This document shows, in pieces, positions 50,972 through 62,940 of a DNA stretch of 64,000 nt. The stretch comes from an uncultured delta proteobacterium. Lineage in GTDB: Bacteria; Desulfobacterota; Zymogenia; Zymogenales; Zymogenaceae. The translations under genes were made by a program, and so were the position numbers. The notes below the pieces were generated by a model. That model had not been told where the DNA came from and did no database searches. It was given only the letters and a program-made list of their open reading frames with translations. Position 1 is the first letter of the stretch; the number at the start of each line of letters is the position of its first letter. The stretch covers positions 225,080 through 289,079 of the forward strand of contig CAWBYW010000004.1 of the NCBI GenBank assembly GCA_963792965.1. The letters are read 5' to 3'.

Positions 50972-52223
50972 CCTGCAGGACCCTCCTGATGTGTGCCCCG
51001 AGGTGTCTTAGCTTTTCCTCCATTTTTTCGTAGCCCCGGTCGAGGTGATAGATGCGGTAGACCTCGGTGGACCCCCGTGCGGCCAACCCCGCCAGGATCA
51101 GGGCGGCGCTGTTTCTCAGGTCGGAGGACATGACCGGCGCGCCGAGGAGCTCGTGCGTTCCCTTGACTACGGCGTTTCTCCCGTCAATGGTAATATCGGC
51201 GCCAAGCCGTATCAGCTCGGGGATGTGCGCGAAACGCTTCTCGAAGATCGTCTCGGTGACGACGCTCGTCCCGGAGGCAAGGGTGAGGAGCGACGTGAGG
51301 GGCGCCTGAAGATCGGTGGGAAAACCGGGGTAGGGGAGGGTTGTCACGTCGGCGGCCAAAAGGTTCCCGGGACGTGCGACCCGGAGCCCGTCGTCACGAC
51401 GCTCGAACTGCATGCCGGTCTCTTTCAATTTTTCGATTACCCCGCTCAGCATATCGACCGGGGCATTTTTCATAAGGACGTCACCACCGGTGATCCCGGC
51501 GGCTATCATAAAGGTTCCCGCCTCGATGCGGTCCGGAATGATCGTGTAGGAGATCGGCGAGAGACAATCCACCCCCTGGACATGGATCGTGTCGTCCCCG
51601 GCACCCTCGATCACGGCCCCCATCGCATTCAATGCCCGGGCAAGGTCCACCACTTCGGGCTCTTTGGCGGCATTGTGGATGACCGTCTCGCCCTTCGCCG
51701 TCGCAGCAGCCATGAGCAGATTTTCCGTCGCGCCCACGGTCGGGATGTCGAAGACGACACTGCCGCCCCTGAGCCGGGAGGCGTCCGCGATGACCAGACC
51801 ATGCTCCTCGGTGATGTCGACGCCGAGGCACTGAAATCCCTTCAGGTGCTGGTCGACAGGCCGTATTCCGAGCTCACAGCCGCCCGGCAGCGACACGCGC
51901 GCCTTTCGGAACCGGGCGATGAGCGCGCCCATGATAAGAAAGGACGCCCGCATCTTCCGGACGAGGTCCCAGGAGGCCTCGTAGTTTCTAATGGTCGAGG
52001 AGTCCACCACGAACGGGCTTTCCGGGACCACTTCTGCTCCGAGCTCCCTGAGGAGCCACGTGGTGGTCTGGATATCCATCAGGTCCGGCACATCGAAGAA
52101 CTCGTATCGGCCCGGGGCCATGATGGAGGCAATCAGGATGGGGAGGGCCGCATTCTTCGATCCGCTGACGGTCACCTCGCCGCCGAGCGGCGTTCCTCCT
52201 TCGACGATCATTTTCTCAAGCAC
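50964..52223 (-). CDS. murA: UDP-N-acetylglucosamine 1-carboxyvinyltransferase
   Basis: GSKNAALP, MRAS, LPGGC..G.RPVDQH, DRIEAGT, PGFPTDLQ, HLDRGYE. Confidence 0.97.
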   Translation of the reverse strand: MLEKMIVEGGTPLGGEVTVSGSKNAALPILIASIMAPGRYEFFDVPDLMDIQTTTWLLRELGAEVVPESPFVVDSSTIRNYEASWDLVRKMRASFLIMGALIARFRKARVSLPGGCELGIRPVDQHLKGFQCLGVDITEEHGLVIADASRLRGGSVVFDIPTVGATENLLMAAATAKGETVIHNAAKEPEVVDLARALNAMGAVIEGAGDDTIHVQGVDCLSPISYTIIPDRIEAGTFMIAAGITGGDVLMKNAPVDMLSGVIEKLKETGMQFERRDDGLRVARPGNLLAADVTTLPYPGFPTDLQAPLTSLLTLASGTSVVTETIFEKRFAHIPELIRLGADITIDGRNAVVKGTHELLGAPVMSSDLRNSAALILAGLAARGSTEVYRIYHLDRGYEKMEEKLRHLGAHIRRVLQDD

Positions 52224-52234
52224 GCTGCCACCTC

Positions 52235-53156
52235 TCAGGAAGACCTTTTTGCGACGGCCACCCGTGGATAGCCCGAAAGATCACGGGCGATGTGGGAAAA
52301 GATGAGCCCCGGCGTCATCTCGATGATATCACGGACGGCGTCGGCCTGCGTTGCGCCGATCTCGAAAAGGAGACGGCCGTGCGGGGCAAGACGGCCCGCT
52401 GCGCCGGCAACGAGCCTGACGATCAGATCAAGGCCGTCGTCGCCGCCCAAGAGGGCGATCGGCGGCTCACTCCTCACCTCGGCGGACGCCTGTTTCAGCT
52501 CGTCCGTGGTGAGGTAGGGGGGATTTGAGACGATAAGGTCGAAATACCTCATCGGGCCCCAACACCTCGTAGAGATCTCCGCACCGCAGCTCTATCCTAT
52601 CCTTCGCGCCGAAGATCTCAAAGTTTTTCACGGCTACCGAGAGCGCACCTGCCGAGATATCCGTTACGACAATCTCCAGATCGGAAAGTTCCAGAAAGAG
52701 CGCCAGAGAAACCGCGCCGGATCCGGTGCCGATCTCGAGCATCTTGAGAGTCTCTCCGTTGAGTCCCCGTGCGGCGAGGATCACCTCCTGGACAAGGTGC
52801 TCGGTCTCGGGGCGGGGGATGAGGACGCGCTCGTCGACGGAGAGATCAAGGGACCAGAACTCCTTTTTGCCGGTGATATACGCGGTGGGAATCCCTGCCG
52901 CGCGCCTCTCGGCAAGCCGGGTGATATGTTTGAGTAGGTGTTGCCCGACGGGATGATCGGGATGAAGGTAGAGGTCCGATTTTGTCAGGCCGAGGGCATG
53001 TGCGACGATCAGCTGGGCGTCAAGCAGGTGGGAGGCGGTCCCGCCTTTCTGGAGAGTGCCCGATACGCGCGCGACGACATCGGACACCACGGAATGAGAC
53101 GCCGCGCGGGCGCGGCCGTTTTTTGTGCTGCGGACAAGATCACTTGAGGGGATCAT
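52235..53156 (-). CDS. prmC: Release factor glutamine methyltransferase (+1 frameshift near 52550)
   Basis: [45 protein letters not shown]; adjacent to prfA. Confidence 0.93.
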
Positions 53157-54220
53157 ACCGCCTTGCTCTTGAGGGCTTCGGCCTGATGGTGCATGACGAG
53201 GGCGTCTATGATTTCATCGAGGTTGCCCAAGAGGACGCTATCGAGCCGGTGGAGCGTGAGGCCGATTCGGTGGTCGGTGACCCGGGACTGGGGGAAGTTG
53301 TAGGTCCTGATTCGCTCAGACCGGTCGCCGGTGCCCACCTGATTCTTCCGGGTCTCCGATCTCTCAGAATCCTGCTTCTGTGTCATCATGTCCAGGAGTC
53401 GGGCCTGAAGAACACGCATGGCCTTGGCCTTGTTTTTGTGCTGTGATTTTTCGTCCTGGCAGGTCACTACGAGGCCGGTCGGGAGGTGGGTGATGCGCAC
53501 CGCGCTGTCGGTCGTGTTGACCGACTGGCCGCCGTGGCCGGTGGATCGGTAGGTATCGATCCTCAGGTCGTTCGGATCGATCTGGACGTCGATTTGGTCG
53601 GCCTCGGGTAGGATGGCGACGGTAACGGCGGAAGTATGAATCCTCCCCTGGGCCTCGGTCTCGGGAACGCGCTGAACCCGGTGCACACCGCTCTCGTACT
53701 TCAGGCGGCTGTAGGCCCCGTTTCCTTCAATGAGCGCGATGATCTCTTTGAATCCGCCGGCGCCCGTCTCGTTCCGGCTCATCACCTCGATCTTCCACCC
53801 TTTCATGTCGGCATAGTGGGAGTACATCCTGAAGAGATCGGCGGCAAAGAGCGCGGCCTCATCTCCGCCGGTCCCGGCTCTGATCTCGAGAAAAATATTC
53901 CTGCTGTCGTTGGGGTCTCTCGGAAGCAAAAGATATTTAAGCTTCTCTTCGCTGCCGGTCAATTCCCCTTCGAGACGCTCGATCTCACCTCTTGCGAGGT
54001 CCCTGATCTCGCCGTCGGCGTCGGAGAGGAGCTCCCTGTTGTCGGAAAGCTCTTTTTTCAAAGTACGGTAGCGTCGAAATTCAAGGACGATGGGCTCAAG
54101 GTCGGAGCGCTCTTTGGCGTGTTTTCGATAGACGTCAAGATCCTTGAGGATGTCGGGATCCGACAGGATTCGGTCGAGATCCTCGTATCTTAGTTCACTA
54201 TCCTTGAGCTTGTCAAACAT
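53153..54220 (-). CDS. prfA: Peptide chain release factor 1
   Basis: [24 protein letters not shown] (PxT), GGQ, RTYNFPQ.RVTDHRI. Confidence 0.98.
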   Translation of the reverse strand: MFDKLKDSELRYEDLDRILSDPDILKDLDVYRKHAKERSDLEPIVLEFRRYRTLKKELSDNRELLSDADGEIRDLARGEIERLEGELTGSEEKLKYLLLPRDPNDSRNIFLEIRAGTGGDEAALFAADLFRMYSHYADMKGWKIEVMSRNETGAGGFKEIIALIEGNGAYSRLKYESGVHRVQRVPETEAQGRIHTSAVTVAILPEADQIDVQIDPNDLRIDTYRSTGHGGQSVNTTDSAVRITHLPTGLVVTCQDEKSQHKNKAKAMRVLQARLLDMMTQKQDSERSETRKNQVGTGDRSERIRTYNFPQSRVTDHRIGLTLHRLDSVLLGNLDEIIDALVMHHQAEALKSKAV

Positions 54221-54238
54221 CGTTCAATACGCCTTGTA

Positions 54239-55177
54239 TCATGAAGTCTTGGCGGCCCTCGACTTCTCTATCTCAACGGATTTCGTGAGGGCAGCAATAG
54301 CTACCTCTACCTGATCATCGGTCGGCTCCCTTGTGGTCATCTTCTGGAGCCATATCCCCGGCATCGATAGTGCGGAGAGCACCCGGTTATCTTGGTGATC
54401 GCCCGCAAGCTTGATGAATTCATAGGATATACCGGCGATCGGGATCAACAGCGGTATCTTGATGAGGATATAGACGAGGTTGCGCATAAATCCCGGGAGA
54501 GTCGGGAGCTTCGGCATGAAGGGGAAGACGGCCGCGAAAACAAAAATGCTGATGAGGAGGACCGTGATGATAAACGAGGTCCCGCAGCGCGGATGCGTGG
54601 TTGAGTACTTCTTGGTGTTTTCAACGGTCAGCTCGTCTCCGGCCTCGAAGGCGAATATCGACTTGTGCTCGGCGCCGTGGTACATAAATACCCGCCTGAT
54701 GTCCGGCATAAACGAGATCCCGACGATATACAGGATAAAGATGGCGACCTTGATTGCTCCGTCGATGAGGTGAAAGGAGACGGTGGCAATCCCCATGTTT
54801 ACGAAAAATTCCTTGCCGACGGCTACCGTCAGGAAATGTGGCAACACCACAAAGAGGAGAACCCCGAAGGCGAGGGATACGGCAATGGTGGCGGCTATGG
54901 CCCAGGGAGAAAGGCCGGCCGTATCCTCCTGTTCGGAGGCCTCGTTGGCCGAGAAGGTGAGGGCAGAGATGCCCCGTGCGAGAGAGTCGAACAGAACGAC
55001 CACCCCCCTGAGCACCGGCTTCTTGAGTATGGGGTGCTTCTCGAAGAGAGAGACGATCTCTTCCCCTTTGGTCTTGATGGTTCCGTCGGATTTCCGCACG
55101 GAGACCGCCAGAGCGTTCTGGGAGCGCATCATCACCCCTTCGATAACGGCCTGGCCGCCGACTTTGATCTTCTCCAT
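54239..55177 (-). CDS. DUF1385 domain membrane protein (YqhQ-like)
   Basis: GGQAVIEGVMMR, YHGAEHK, HPRCGTSF, LQ..TT.EP; typical position between rpmE and prfA. Confidence 0.88.
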   Translation of the reverse strand: MEKIKVGGQAVIEGVMMRSQNALAVSVRKSDGTIKTKGEEIVSLFEKHPILKKPVLRGVVVLFDSLARGISALTFSANEASEQEDTAGLSPWAIAATIAVSLAFGVLLFVVLPHFLTVAVGKEFFVNMGIATVSFHLIDGAIKVAIFILYIVGISFMPDIRRVFMYHGAEHKSIFAFEAGDELTVENTKKYSTTHPRCGTSFIITVLLISIFVFAAVFPFMPKLPTLPGFMRNLVYILIKIPLLIPIAGISYEFIKLAGDHQDNRVLSALSMPGIWLQKMTTREPTDDQVEVAIAALTKSVEIEKSRAAKTS

Positions 55178-55352
55178 AGTATATACGTTCTATTGTGGGG
55201 CAACAGGTATCATGAAGAGCGTAAGGACGCACCCCATGGCTTTATTGCGAACGTACGTTCATGATCCGTCCGGTGTTGCGCCCAGATAATTGAGAGACTT
55301 TTGGGAAGGGCGTGGGGACTTACCCCACGCCCTGTTTCCGAACCGAAGAGGT

Positions 55353-55571
55353 CTACGATTTTTTTGCCGGCGAAATGTTGGCGTATTTCCTCTTGAACTT
55401 CTCCACGCGCCCGGCGGTATCCACGAGCTTCTGCTTGCCGGTGAAGAAGGGATGACACTGGGAGCATATCTCCACGGTGATCTTCTGCTTCGTCGAGCGA
55501 GTCTTGATCTCGTTTCCGCAGGCGCATTTGATGATCGATTCGGTATATTCGGGGTGAATATCCTTTTTCAT
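55353..55571 (-). CDS. rpmE: 50S ribosomal protein L31 (zinc-binding type)
   Basis: [32 protein letters not shown]. Confidence 0.97.
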   Translation of the reverse strand: MKKDIHPEYTESIIKCACGNEIKTRSTKQKITVEICSQCHPFFTGKQKLVDTAGRVEKFKRKYANISPAKKS

Positions 55572-55649
55572 CGTCAAACTGCCTCCTTTTCTATTCTTCC
55601 CATTATATCAGAACAGTTCCGAGATGGGTTTCTTTCAAAACAATATATA

Positions 55650-56945
55650 TTAGTGGTTCATCTTGGCAAGAAAATCGGCGTTTGACTCCGTCCCCTGAAT
55701 TTTATCCAGGAGAAACTCCATGGAGTCGATGGGGGTGAGCGGAGAGAGGAGCTTGCGCAGTATCCAGATGCGATTGAGAACGTCCTCCTCCAACAACAGC
55801 TCCTCCTTCCGGGTTCCCGATCGGTTGATATCGATGGCCGGGAAGATACGCCGATCCGCGATCCGTCGGTCGAGGTGGATCTCCATGTTGCCGGTGCCTT
55901 TGAATTCCTCAAAGATGACCTCGTCCATCCGGCTGCCGGTATCGATGAGGGCGGTCGCGATGATGGTGAGGCTGCCGCCGTTTTCGATGTTTCGTGCGGC
56001 CCCGAAGAAGCGCTTGGGTTTGTGCAGTGCGTTGGAGTCTACGCCGCCGGAGAGGATTTTGCCGCTCGGCGGGACCACGGCGTTGTATGCCCGGGCGAGT
56101 CGGGTAATGCTGTCCAGGAGGATGACGACGTCCTTTTTATACTCCACGAGGCGTTTAGCCTTCTCAATGACCATTTCTGCAACCTGGACGTGCCGGGAGG
56201 CGGGCTCGTCGAAGGTGGAGCTCACCACCTCGCCGTTGACGGACCGCGCCATATCGGTGACTTCTTCCGGCCGCTCATCGATCAACAAGACGATGAGGGT
56301 TATATCCTTGTGGTTGGTCGTGACGGCGTTTGCGATGTCCTGAAGCAGCATCGTCTTGCCGGTTCGGGGCGGCGAGACGATAAGGCCGCGCTGGCCCTTC
56401 CCGATGGGGGTGAAGAGGTCCATGATCCGGGTGGAATATTTCCTTCGATCGTATTCAAGGTTGAGCTTTTCCTGCGGATAGACCGGGGTGAGGTTATCGA
56501 ACATGATCCGATCGCGGGAGGTGTCGGGCCCCTCATGGTTGACATTTTCGACCTTGAGGAGGGCGAAATACCGTTCCGACTCCTTGGGGGGGCGGATCTG
56601 GCCTGAGATCGTATCGCCTGTCCTGAGGGAAAACCTCCTGATCTGGGAAGGGGAGACATAGATGTCATCGGGCCCCGGCAGATAGTTGTAGTCCGGGGCG
56701 CGCAGGAACCCGAAGCCGTCGGGCAGTGTTTCCAGGACGCCCTCGCCGTATATTACGCCATTTTGCTCCGTATGGGCCTGAAGCAGGGTGAAGATAAGCT
56801 CCTGGCGCGTCATGCCGCTGGCGCCCTCGATGTTGAGCTCCTTTGCCATCGTGAGGAGTTCGCTGATCTTCTTACTCTTGAGCTCCACGAGGTTGATGAT
56901 CACATCTTGAGGGACTTCGGGCAGCTCTAAATCGTTTTCTTCCAT
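55650..56945 (-). CDS. rho: Transcription termination factor Rho
   Basis: [53 protein letters not shown]. Confidence 0.98.
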   Translation of the reverse strand: MEENDLELPEVPQDVIINLVELKSKKISELLTMAKELNIEGASGMTRQELIFTLLQAHTEQNGVIYGEGVLETLPDGFGFLRAPDYNYLPGPDDIYVSPSQIRRFSLRTGDTISGQIRPPKESERYFALLKVENVNHEGPDTSRDRIMFDNLTPVYPQEKLNLEYDRRKYSTRIMDLFTPIGKGQRGLIVSPPRTGKTMLLQDIANAVTTNHKDITLIVLLIDERPEEVTDMARSVNGEVVSSTFDEPASRHVQVAEMVIEKAKRLVEYKKDVVILLDSITRLARAYNAVVPPSGKILSGGVDSNALHKPKRFFGAARNIENGGSLTIIATALIDTGSRMDEVIFEEFKGTGNMEIHLDRRIADRRIFPAIDINRSGTRKEELLLEEDVLNRIWILRKLLSPLTPIDSMEFLLDKIQGTESNADFLAKMNH

Positions 56946-57169
56946 TGTTCCGATTCCTTATTTTATCGGTGCGCACCACGATATATACTATTGTATATCG
57001 CGGGCTCTCTCAACAAAAAAACGGGATTTTGTTACTATGATTGAACGCTATCTACAGAATGTGTGATGCGTGGAATATGTCCTTATGTACAACCTGAGAG
57101 GGATTGGTGAATAGATCATGCGGTTAAGGTAATACTATAGGTCATCTCGGCGTGGATGTCAAGAATTTT

Positions 57170-57544
57170 TTATTTATTTTTCCCCACGGTCGCCTTCCAG
57201 CATCCCGTTCCCCATTTGGAGTAGATCTCAAAATAGTATATACCACTTCCCTTGAGTGTCAAGAGATCGCCTTTGGTCAGAGACTGGTCAATGAGCGGCT
57301 CTTTTTTGTCCTTGTCGGTCGCCTTGACCCAAAAATCGGCGCCGCCCCCGGGCCAGCTGAAGAGGACCGTCGTCTCCTCCGAGAGGGCATATACTTCAAA
57401 GGAAGCCCGGGCGCCTGTGCCCCAGAGGTAGCCGGAGAAGGTGCAGGAATTTTCCTGGCCCCCACTTGCCCGCGGGAAAAGGGAAATCGCGGCGACGAAT
57501 ATCAGAATCGGTATAGAAAGCCGAAGTCTCGGTCTCGTTATCAT
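57170..57544 (-). CDS. Hypothetical exported protein
   Basis: Signal peptide followed by a small beta-rich domain with two Cys. Confidence 0.65.
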   Translation of the reverse strand: MITRPRLRLSIPILIFVAAISLFPRASGGQENSCTFSGYLWGTGARASFEVYALSEETTVLFSWPGGGADFWVKATDKDKKEPLIDQSLTKGDLLTLKGSGIYYFEIYSKWGTGCWKATVGKNK

Positions 57545-57754
57545 GGCGACAGGCGGCTCATCGTACGGTAACCATTAAGAAGTGGCATCAGCGTCGGAAT
57601 CGACAAGAGATTATGCACCACCCCGAGGCGATAGTCAAGTCTTATCCGTCCATGAAGAGGGGTACTCCCAAGCGCCTCTTCGTCCGGCAATCATGCGCCC
57701 GGTCCGCGAGCGGGCGCCAAATGGCCTCCTTTCTTCCGTGGAGCCCGATTCCGG

Positions 57755-57782
57755 TTGACAACGCAGTTATTTTCGCTACTAT
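57755..57782 (+). promoter_or_regulatory. sigma70-type promoter for the MMPL gene
   Basis: TTGACA, 16-nt spacer, TACTAT. Confidence 0.45.
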
Positions 57783-57892
57783 AGAAGGAGGAGGATCGTT
57801 AAAAAGAGAACCCTCCCCCCATCGTTTTTGCCATTCGGTCGGCTTGCGGTGTCCCAAAACAGCGAGAGTCCGACACTCCAAGGGAATAGCTG

Positions 57893-60380
57893 ATGAAGTG
57901 GCTTTCACGCCTCATCTATCGATATGACCTCTTCGTTCTGCTCACGGCGGCCCTGCTAACTGTCCTTGCGATATTCGGCACCACAAGAATCAGCATGGTC
58001 TCCAATGTCGCGCTCATGCTCCCGAGGGATAATCCGGCGGTCTCCGATTATCTCACGTCCTTGGAACGTATGGGAACGCTCGACTATCTGGTCGTTCTCG
58101 TTTCGGCGCCCCGTAAAGATGCCCTGACGGGCTTCTCGAACGATTTTTCGAAGAGGATGCTCGCCTCAAAGCTTGTCTCCGAGGTCAACTATACCGTTAC
58201 GGAAAGAGACAAGAAGTATATATTAGAAAACTATTTGTCGAATATTTTTCTTTATCTCGATGACGAGGAGTTCGCGCGGGTAAAAGAAAAACTCAAACCG
58301 AAGGCGATGGATGATGCCGTCAGGATGGATAAGAGCCTGCTGCTGACGCCGATCTCCTCGGGCTCGTCCGATCTTGTCGTCAGGGACCCCCTGGACTTCC
58401 TTTCGATCGTTCGGGATAAGACATCTTCCGATGAAGGTGGGTTCTCCATCGATACCTCCTCCGGTTATTATCTCTCTATCGATGGAAAGCACCTCTTGAT
58501 GCTTGCGCGTCCGGTCAGGCCGCCCCAGGATATCGAGTTTGACCATAGGCTCTTCTCCGATCTCAAACAGTTCGAGAATGAGATCAAGAAAGATGCGGCG
58601 TATCGGGGTGTCCTGGTCGAATATACCGGTGGATACCCGATTGCGGTCGGGGACGAGTCGATGATCAGGGGTGATCTCAGCAAGACGCTGACCATCGCGT
58701 CGATCCTTGTGCTCCTCTTGTTCTATCTGGTTTTCAGGCGCTTCTCACTGCTCTTCTTCGTCGGGCCGTGCCTCAACCTTGGGATTCTGTGGACGCTCGG
58801 CTTTGCGGGATTCGCACTCGGCCATCTCAATATGGTAACGGTGGCCTTTGGCGCGATTCTCGCGGGGCTGGGGATGGATTACTCGATCCACTTCTACAAT
58901 GGATTTCTCGGTGAGATCTTCAAAGGAGAGGCCCTGGAGAAGGCACTTGAGAATACCTTCACGACTACCGGCAGAGGAATACTCACCGCGGCGCTGACAA
59001 ACTCCGTCGCGTTCTTCTCCATGGTCTTCACCCAGTTCGCGGGGCTCTCGGAGCTCGGGATCATCGGCGGATTCGGGATATTGTTGACGCTCCTGTCCGA
59101 TTTAGTCGTGCTCCCGTCTATCATCGTCAGGTTCATGAAGATACGGGGTGAAAAGGTAAAATATCTTCGTATCCCGACCTTCGGCATGGGGAGGCTGGGG
59201 AGGCTCGCGGTTGAAAGGAGGAGGGGCATCATTATTGCTGCGGCCGTCATGACGATCGTCATGGGTATCTTTGCCTTTAGGGTCGGCTTCGATACGGATG
59301 CCAACAGCCTTCGTCCGAAGAATAGTCCGGCCCTGGAGGTACAGGACAAGATCATGCGTATTTTTTCGGGTTCTTCGCCCGAGATAATTGTCACCGCCGC
59401 TGGCGGTGACCTGGAGAAGACCCTGGCCGTCTCGGAAGAAGCCCAGGGTATTATGAGGAAATACCCGGAGATCAGCAAGATAGAAGGCCCGGGGGCATTC
59501 CTGCCTTCCCTGTCGAAACAGGCTGAGAACATCAAGAGGGTGCACGACCTTGACCTCGGCAATGCGAGATTGAGGCTGGAGAGGACGCTGGTGATCAACG
59601 GGTTTCAGATGGGGCCTTTTTCGCCCTTTCTGGACACGCTTTCTCGGTTTTCTCGCGGAGACGTCAGACCGGTTACCTATGGGGACTTAACCGGGACGTC
59701 GGGCGAGAACATGACAAAGAAATATATCTCCCGGATCGGACAGTACCTGGTACGTTTCTCTCTTTGCGTATCCGAAGGCGGGTGTATGGGAAAAGGATAT
59801 AGACCGAGTTCTGGTGGCCAAACTGAAAGAACTGTCGCCCGGGATCTCGGTAGCCAGCATAACGATGGTCATCGCGGAGCTAAAGAAAATCATCACCAAG
59901 GACTTCTTCGTCGCCACGGTCATCTCGGCCGTCGGAGTGCTCATCATCCTCATCGTTCAGTTCAGGGAGGTAACGGGTATCATCTTCTGTATGATCTCTC
60001 TGGGTATGGGGGTCCTCTGGATGGTAGGCTGTATGGGACTCTTCAATATCCCGATGAATTTCGCCAATATCGTCGTCTTCCCCATGGTGATCGGGTTTGG
60101 CATCGACAACAACACGCATCTCTATCACCGCTTCAAGGAGAGACGTCATGAGGGGGTGGCGGCCACCTTTTCGTTTACGGGCCGGGCGGTCATCATCTCG
60201 ACGCTCACGTCGCTTGCGGGCTTCGGATCGCTCATCATTTCTCGCTACGGGGGGCTGAAAAGCATCGGGATCCTGGCGGTGATTGGATTGAGCCTCTGTC
60301 TCGTAACGGCCCTTTTTGTCCTTCCCGCCCTCATCGCGATACGGGAAGAGGGCAAGAAGAATAAGGAGGAGGCGGTGTGA
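57893..60380 (+). CDS. MMPL/RND-family transporter (+1 frameshift near 59745)
   Basis: Two halves of 1+5 TM with GLGMDYSIH and GFGIDNNTH motifs; TG..I..AALT in both halves; large periplasmic loops. Confidence 0.9.
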
Positions 60381-60456
60381 TATACGCGCCTCTTGTCTAT
60401 CGTAGAAGGGCGCCCGTCGTCGAAAAAAACGCACACGTATCAAGAAAGGAAAGCAC

Positions 60457-61819
60457 GTGAAGGTACTGTTGGTCTATCCCTACATGAGGGATGTCTATCA
60501 TAAGCTCGGGTTTATCCTTCCCCCTCTCGGCCTCGGGTATCTTGCCGCCGCCGCAAAACAAGGCGGATTCGAGGTCGAGATCTGTGACCTGAACATCACG
60601 GAGGGAAAAGGTGTCCCTCGGTTTGCCCCCTTTGATGTGGTCGGGATTTCCCTGGATACCTCACGGTTCAATAGCGCGGTCACGATTGCGCGGAGTGCGA
60701 TTTCCGAGGGAGCAACGGTTATCATGGGAGGTCCTCACGCGACGTTTGTCGCCGAAGAAATCCTCAAGAGCGGACTCTCCCACTATATCGTCCGGGGCGA
60801 AGGGGAAGAGACATTCGTGGAGCTCCTGAACGGGCTATCGGCGGGGAAAACCGTCGGCGACGTATCGGGGATATCGTATCTGTTGAACGGGAAGGTTAGC
60901 CATACCCCCGACCGGACGCCTCCGGAAAAGCTCGATGCGCTGGCCTTTCCCGCCCGGGGATCTTCTCTCAATGGAGCGCTACAAGAAGCTTCGGCTGGGA
61001 GGTCGGTTTATTACATCGATGGTAACCAGCCGCGGCTGTCCCTTTAACTGTGATTTCTGCTCATCGACGGTATTTTCTGGGGCTCGCTGGAGAAGCCGAT
61101 CGCCGTCAAACGTCGTCGACGAGGTGGAGTCGATTGTCAAAGATCTCGGCTTCGGGGCGGTCTCGTTCATGGACGACAACTTCACGATGAACCCCGCCCG
61201 TGTCGTTGAGATCACCGCCGAGATCATACGCCGCCGCCTCGACATCTATTGGTGGTGTTTTTCCCGGGGGGATATCATCATCAAGAACGAAGAGATGGTC
61301 AAGCAGATGGCACGCTCGGGCTGTCGGTACGTTTTCATGGGCATCGAGAGCGCAGACGACCCGATCCTCAAGGACTACGGCAAGAAAATGAAGACAGCGG
61401 ACTCCGCCCGGGCTATTGAGCTGTTGAAGGAATACGGGATCGAGACCATGGGAAGCTTCATCATAGGCTGGCCGGAGGAGACCAGGGCGATGGTACGGCG
61501 AACAATTCGTCTCTCCAAAAAAATCGGGCTGGGGGGTGCTCAATATTCCATCCTCACCCCCTATCCGGGGACCGCGCTCTATAAGAAATACCGGGACAGG
61601 ATCTTCGAGCACGACTGGGAGAAATATGACTGCTTTCACGCGGTGATGACCCTTGATCACCTAAAACCGAGAGAGGTTCAGCGTCTCCTGAAGCGTGCCT
61701 TTTTCTCATTCTATTTTACCCCGAGGCGTGTCGTGACGGCCCTTCTCAGCCCACTCAGAGGGCGCGGGGTAGGTCTTTCGACGATCAAGGATATTTGGAA
61801 GTTCTTCCGAAAAGGGTAG
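60457..61819 (+). CDS. Cobalamin-binding radical SAM protein (+1 frameshift near 60955)
   Basis: PPLGLGYLAA, GGPHAT, VRGEGE, TSRGCPFNCDFC (CxxxCxxC), DDNF, GIES, TPYPGT. Confidence 0.92.
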
Positions 61820-62052
61820 CGTTGGGGTGACTATTCACTTTGATCCGGTCCACGATGCCGGCGTGCGGGTCCAATGCGCATTAAAAAAAAGAAGAGAACA
61901 TATTTTTTCTTATAATGTTCAAAATATAATGCTCATTTACCCTACTGTTTCAGTTTAATATCAAAATCGTTATATAATCAAGGAATTAGAAGATCATGGG
62001 GAGGCGAGGACACCCCGGGCGAGGGCGCAAAAAAGGCCCTTAATTAACCCCA

Positions 62053-62095
62053 CTTGATCTGCATCACATTCGTGGTGAGATATACATGCTATAAA
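62053..62095 (+). promoter_or_regulatory. CRP/FNR-like box with extended -10 (class II geometry)
   Basis: CTTGAT-CTGC-ATCACA centred at 62060.5, and TGC-TATAAA at 62087-62095, which places the box at about -41.5. Confidence 0.55.
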
Positions 62096-62171
62096 ATATC
62101 AGGAATCTGACTATCGTCTCGAGGCGTTGATCACATATCAACTCTGCATTACTCAAGGGTTTTCATTGCTC

Positions 62172-62940
62172 ATGCCGATTTCGGAAAAAATCATAAAGGC
62201 CCAGAGAGAGCTCCTCGCAATATTCGACAGCATTCCGGAGCCCATCTGTATCATTGATGAATCCCTGTCAATAAAGCGATTGAATATGGCGATGGCCGAG
62301 ATCATCGGCCTGGATATCAAAAGCGCACTCGGGAGCCGGTGCTATAAACATCTCGTGGGGCGGGACGAGCCGTGTCAGCTCTGCTATTTCAAACGTAATA
62401 ACGGGAGCACGCGCTATCTGGAATGTAACTTCATGGAGCTGTCGCGCGAGGGGAAAGACTCCATCTTTGAGCTGACGATCTATCCCTATCCCGACGCGGG
62501 GGAGAATAGCGCGATCTTCCATTTCAGGAATATCTTCGACAAGGTGAAGCTCGAGAGACACCTCGAAAGACTCAGCGAGCTTCTCAGCAAGAGCGTCGGG
62601 GAGAAAGACTCGGAAGTAAGAGAAGACAAGGAAGAAGTTCGAGAAGATCATCGACCATTCGCCCGTCGGTATATCGATACTCAACCATTCAAAAATAATC
62701 GTCGCGGCCAATCCCGCCTTTGAGGCTGTCTTTCGGTTTCAAGGAAGGAGAGCTCTTAGGCAGAGAGTCACGAAGGTCCTCCATGAGGATAGCAAAGACA
62801 AATTCGACCCCTTCTTTGATGAGCTCATGAGGTCGGCGGCCCATTCCATGCAGATCACCAACAGGGATCAAAATGGTGTGGATAAGGAGTTCGTCATCAT
62901 CGGGTTTCTCCTGGAGGCCCCGAGGTCCGATTCACCATTG
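62172..62940 (+). CDS. PAS-PAS sensor protein N-terminal part (frameshift near 62620; no output domain seen)
   Basis: AIFDSIPEPICIID...N.A...G..C...C..C (PAS 1). In the +1 frame, KFEKIIDHSPVGISIL...ANPAFE (PAS 2). Confidence 0.75.

Noticed and set aside
50964-52223. Fosfomycin-resistant MurA variant
   Set aside because: The active-site Cys is retained (LPGGC).
50057-52271. Plus-strand ORFs of 310 and 408 aa over hisD and murA
   Set aside because: Antisense shadows with no recognisable motifs.
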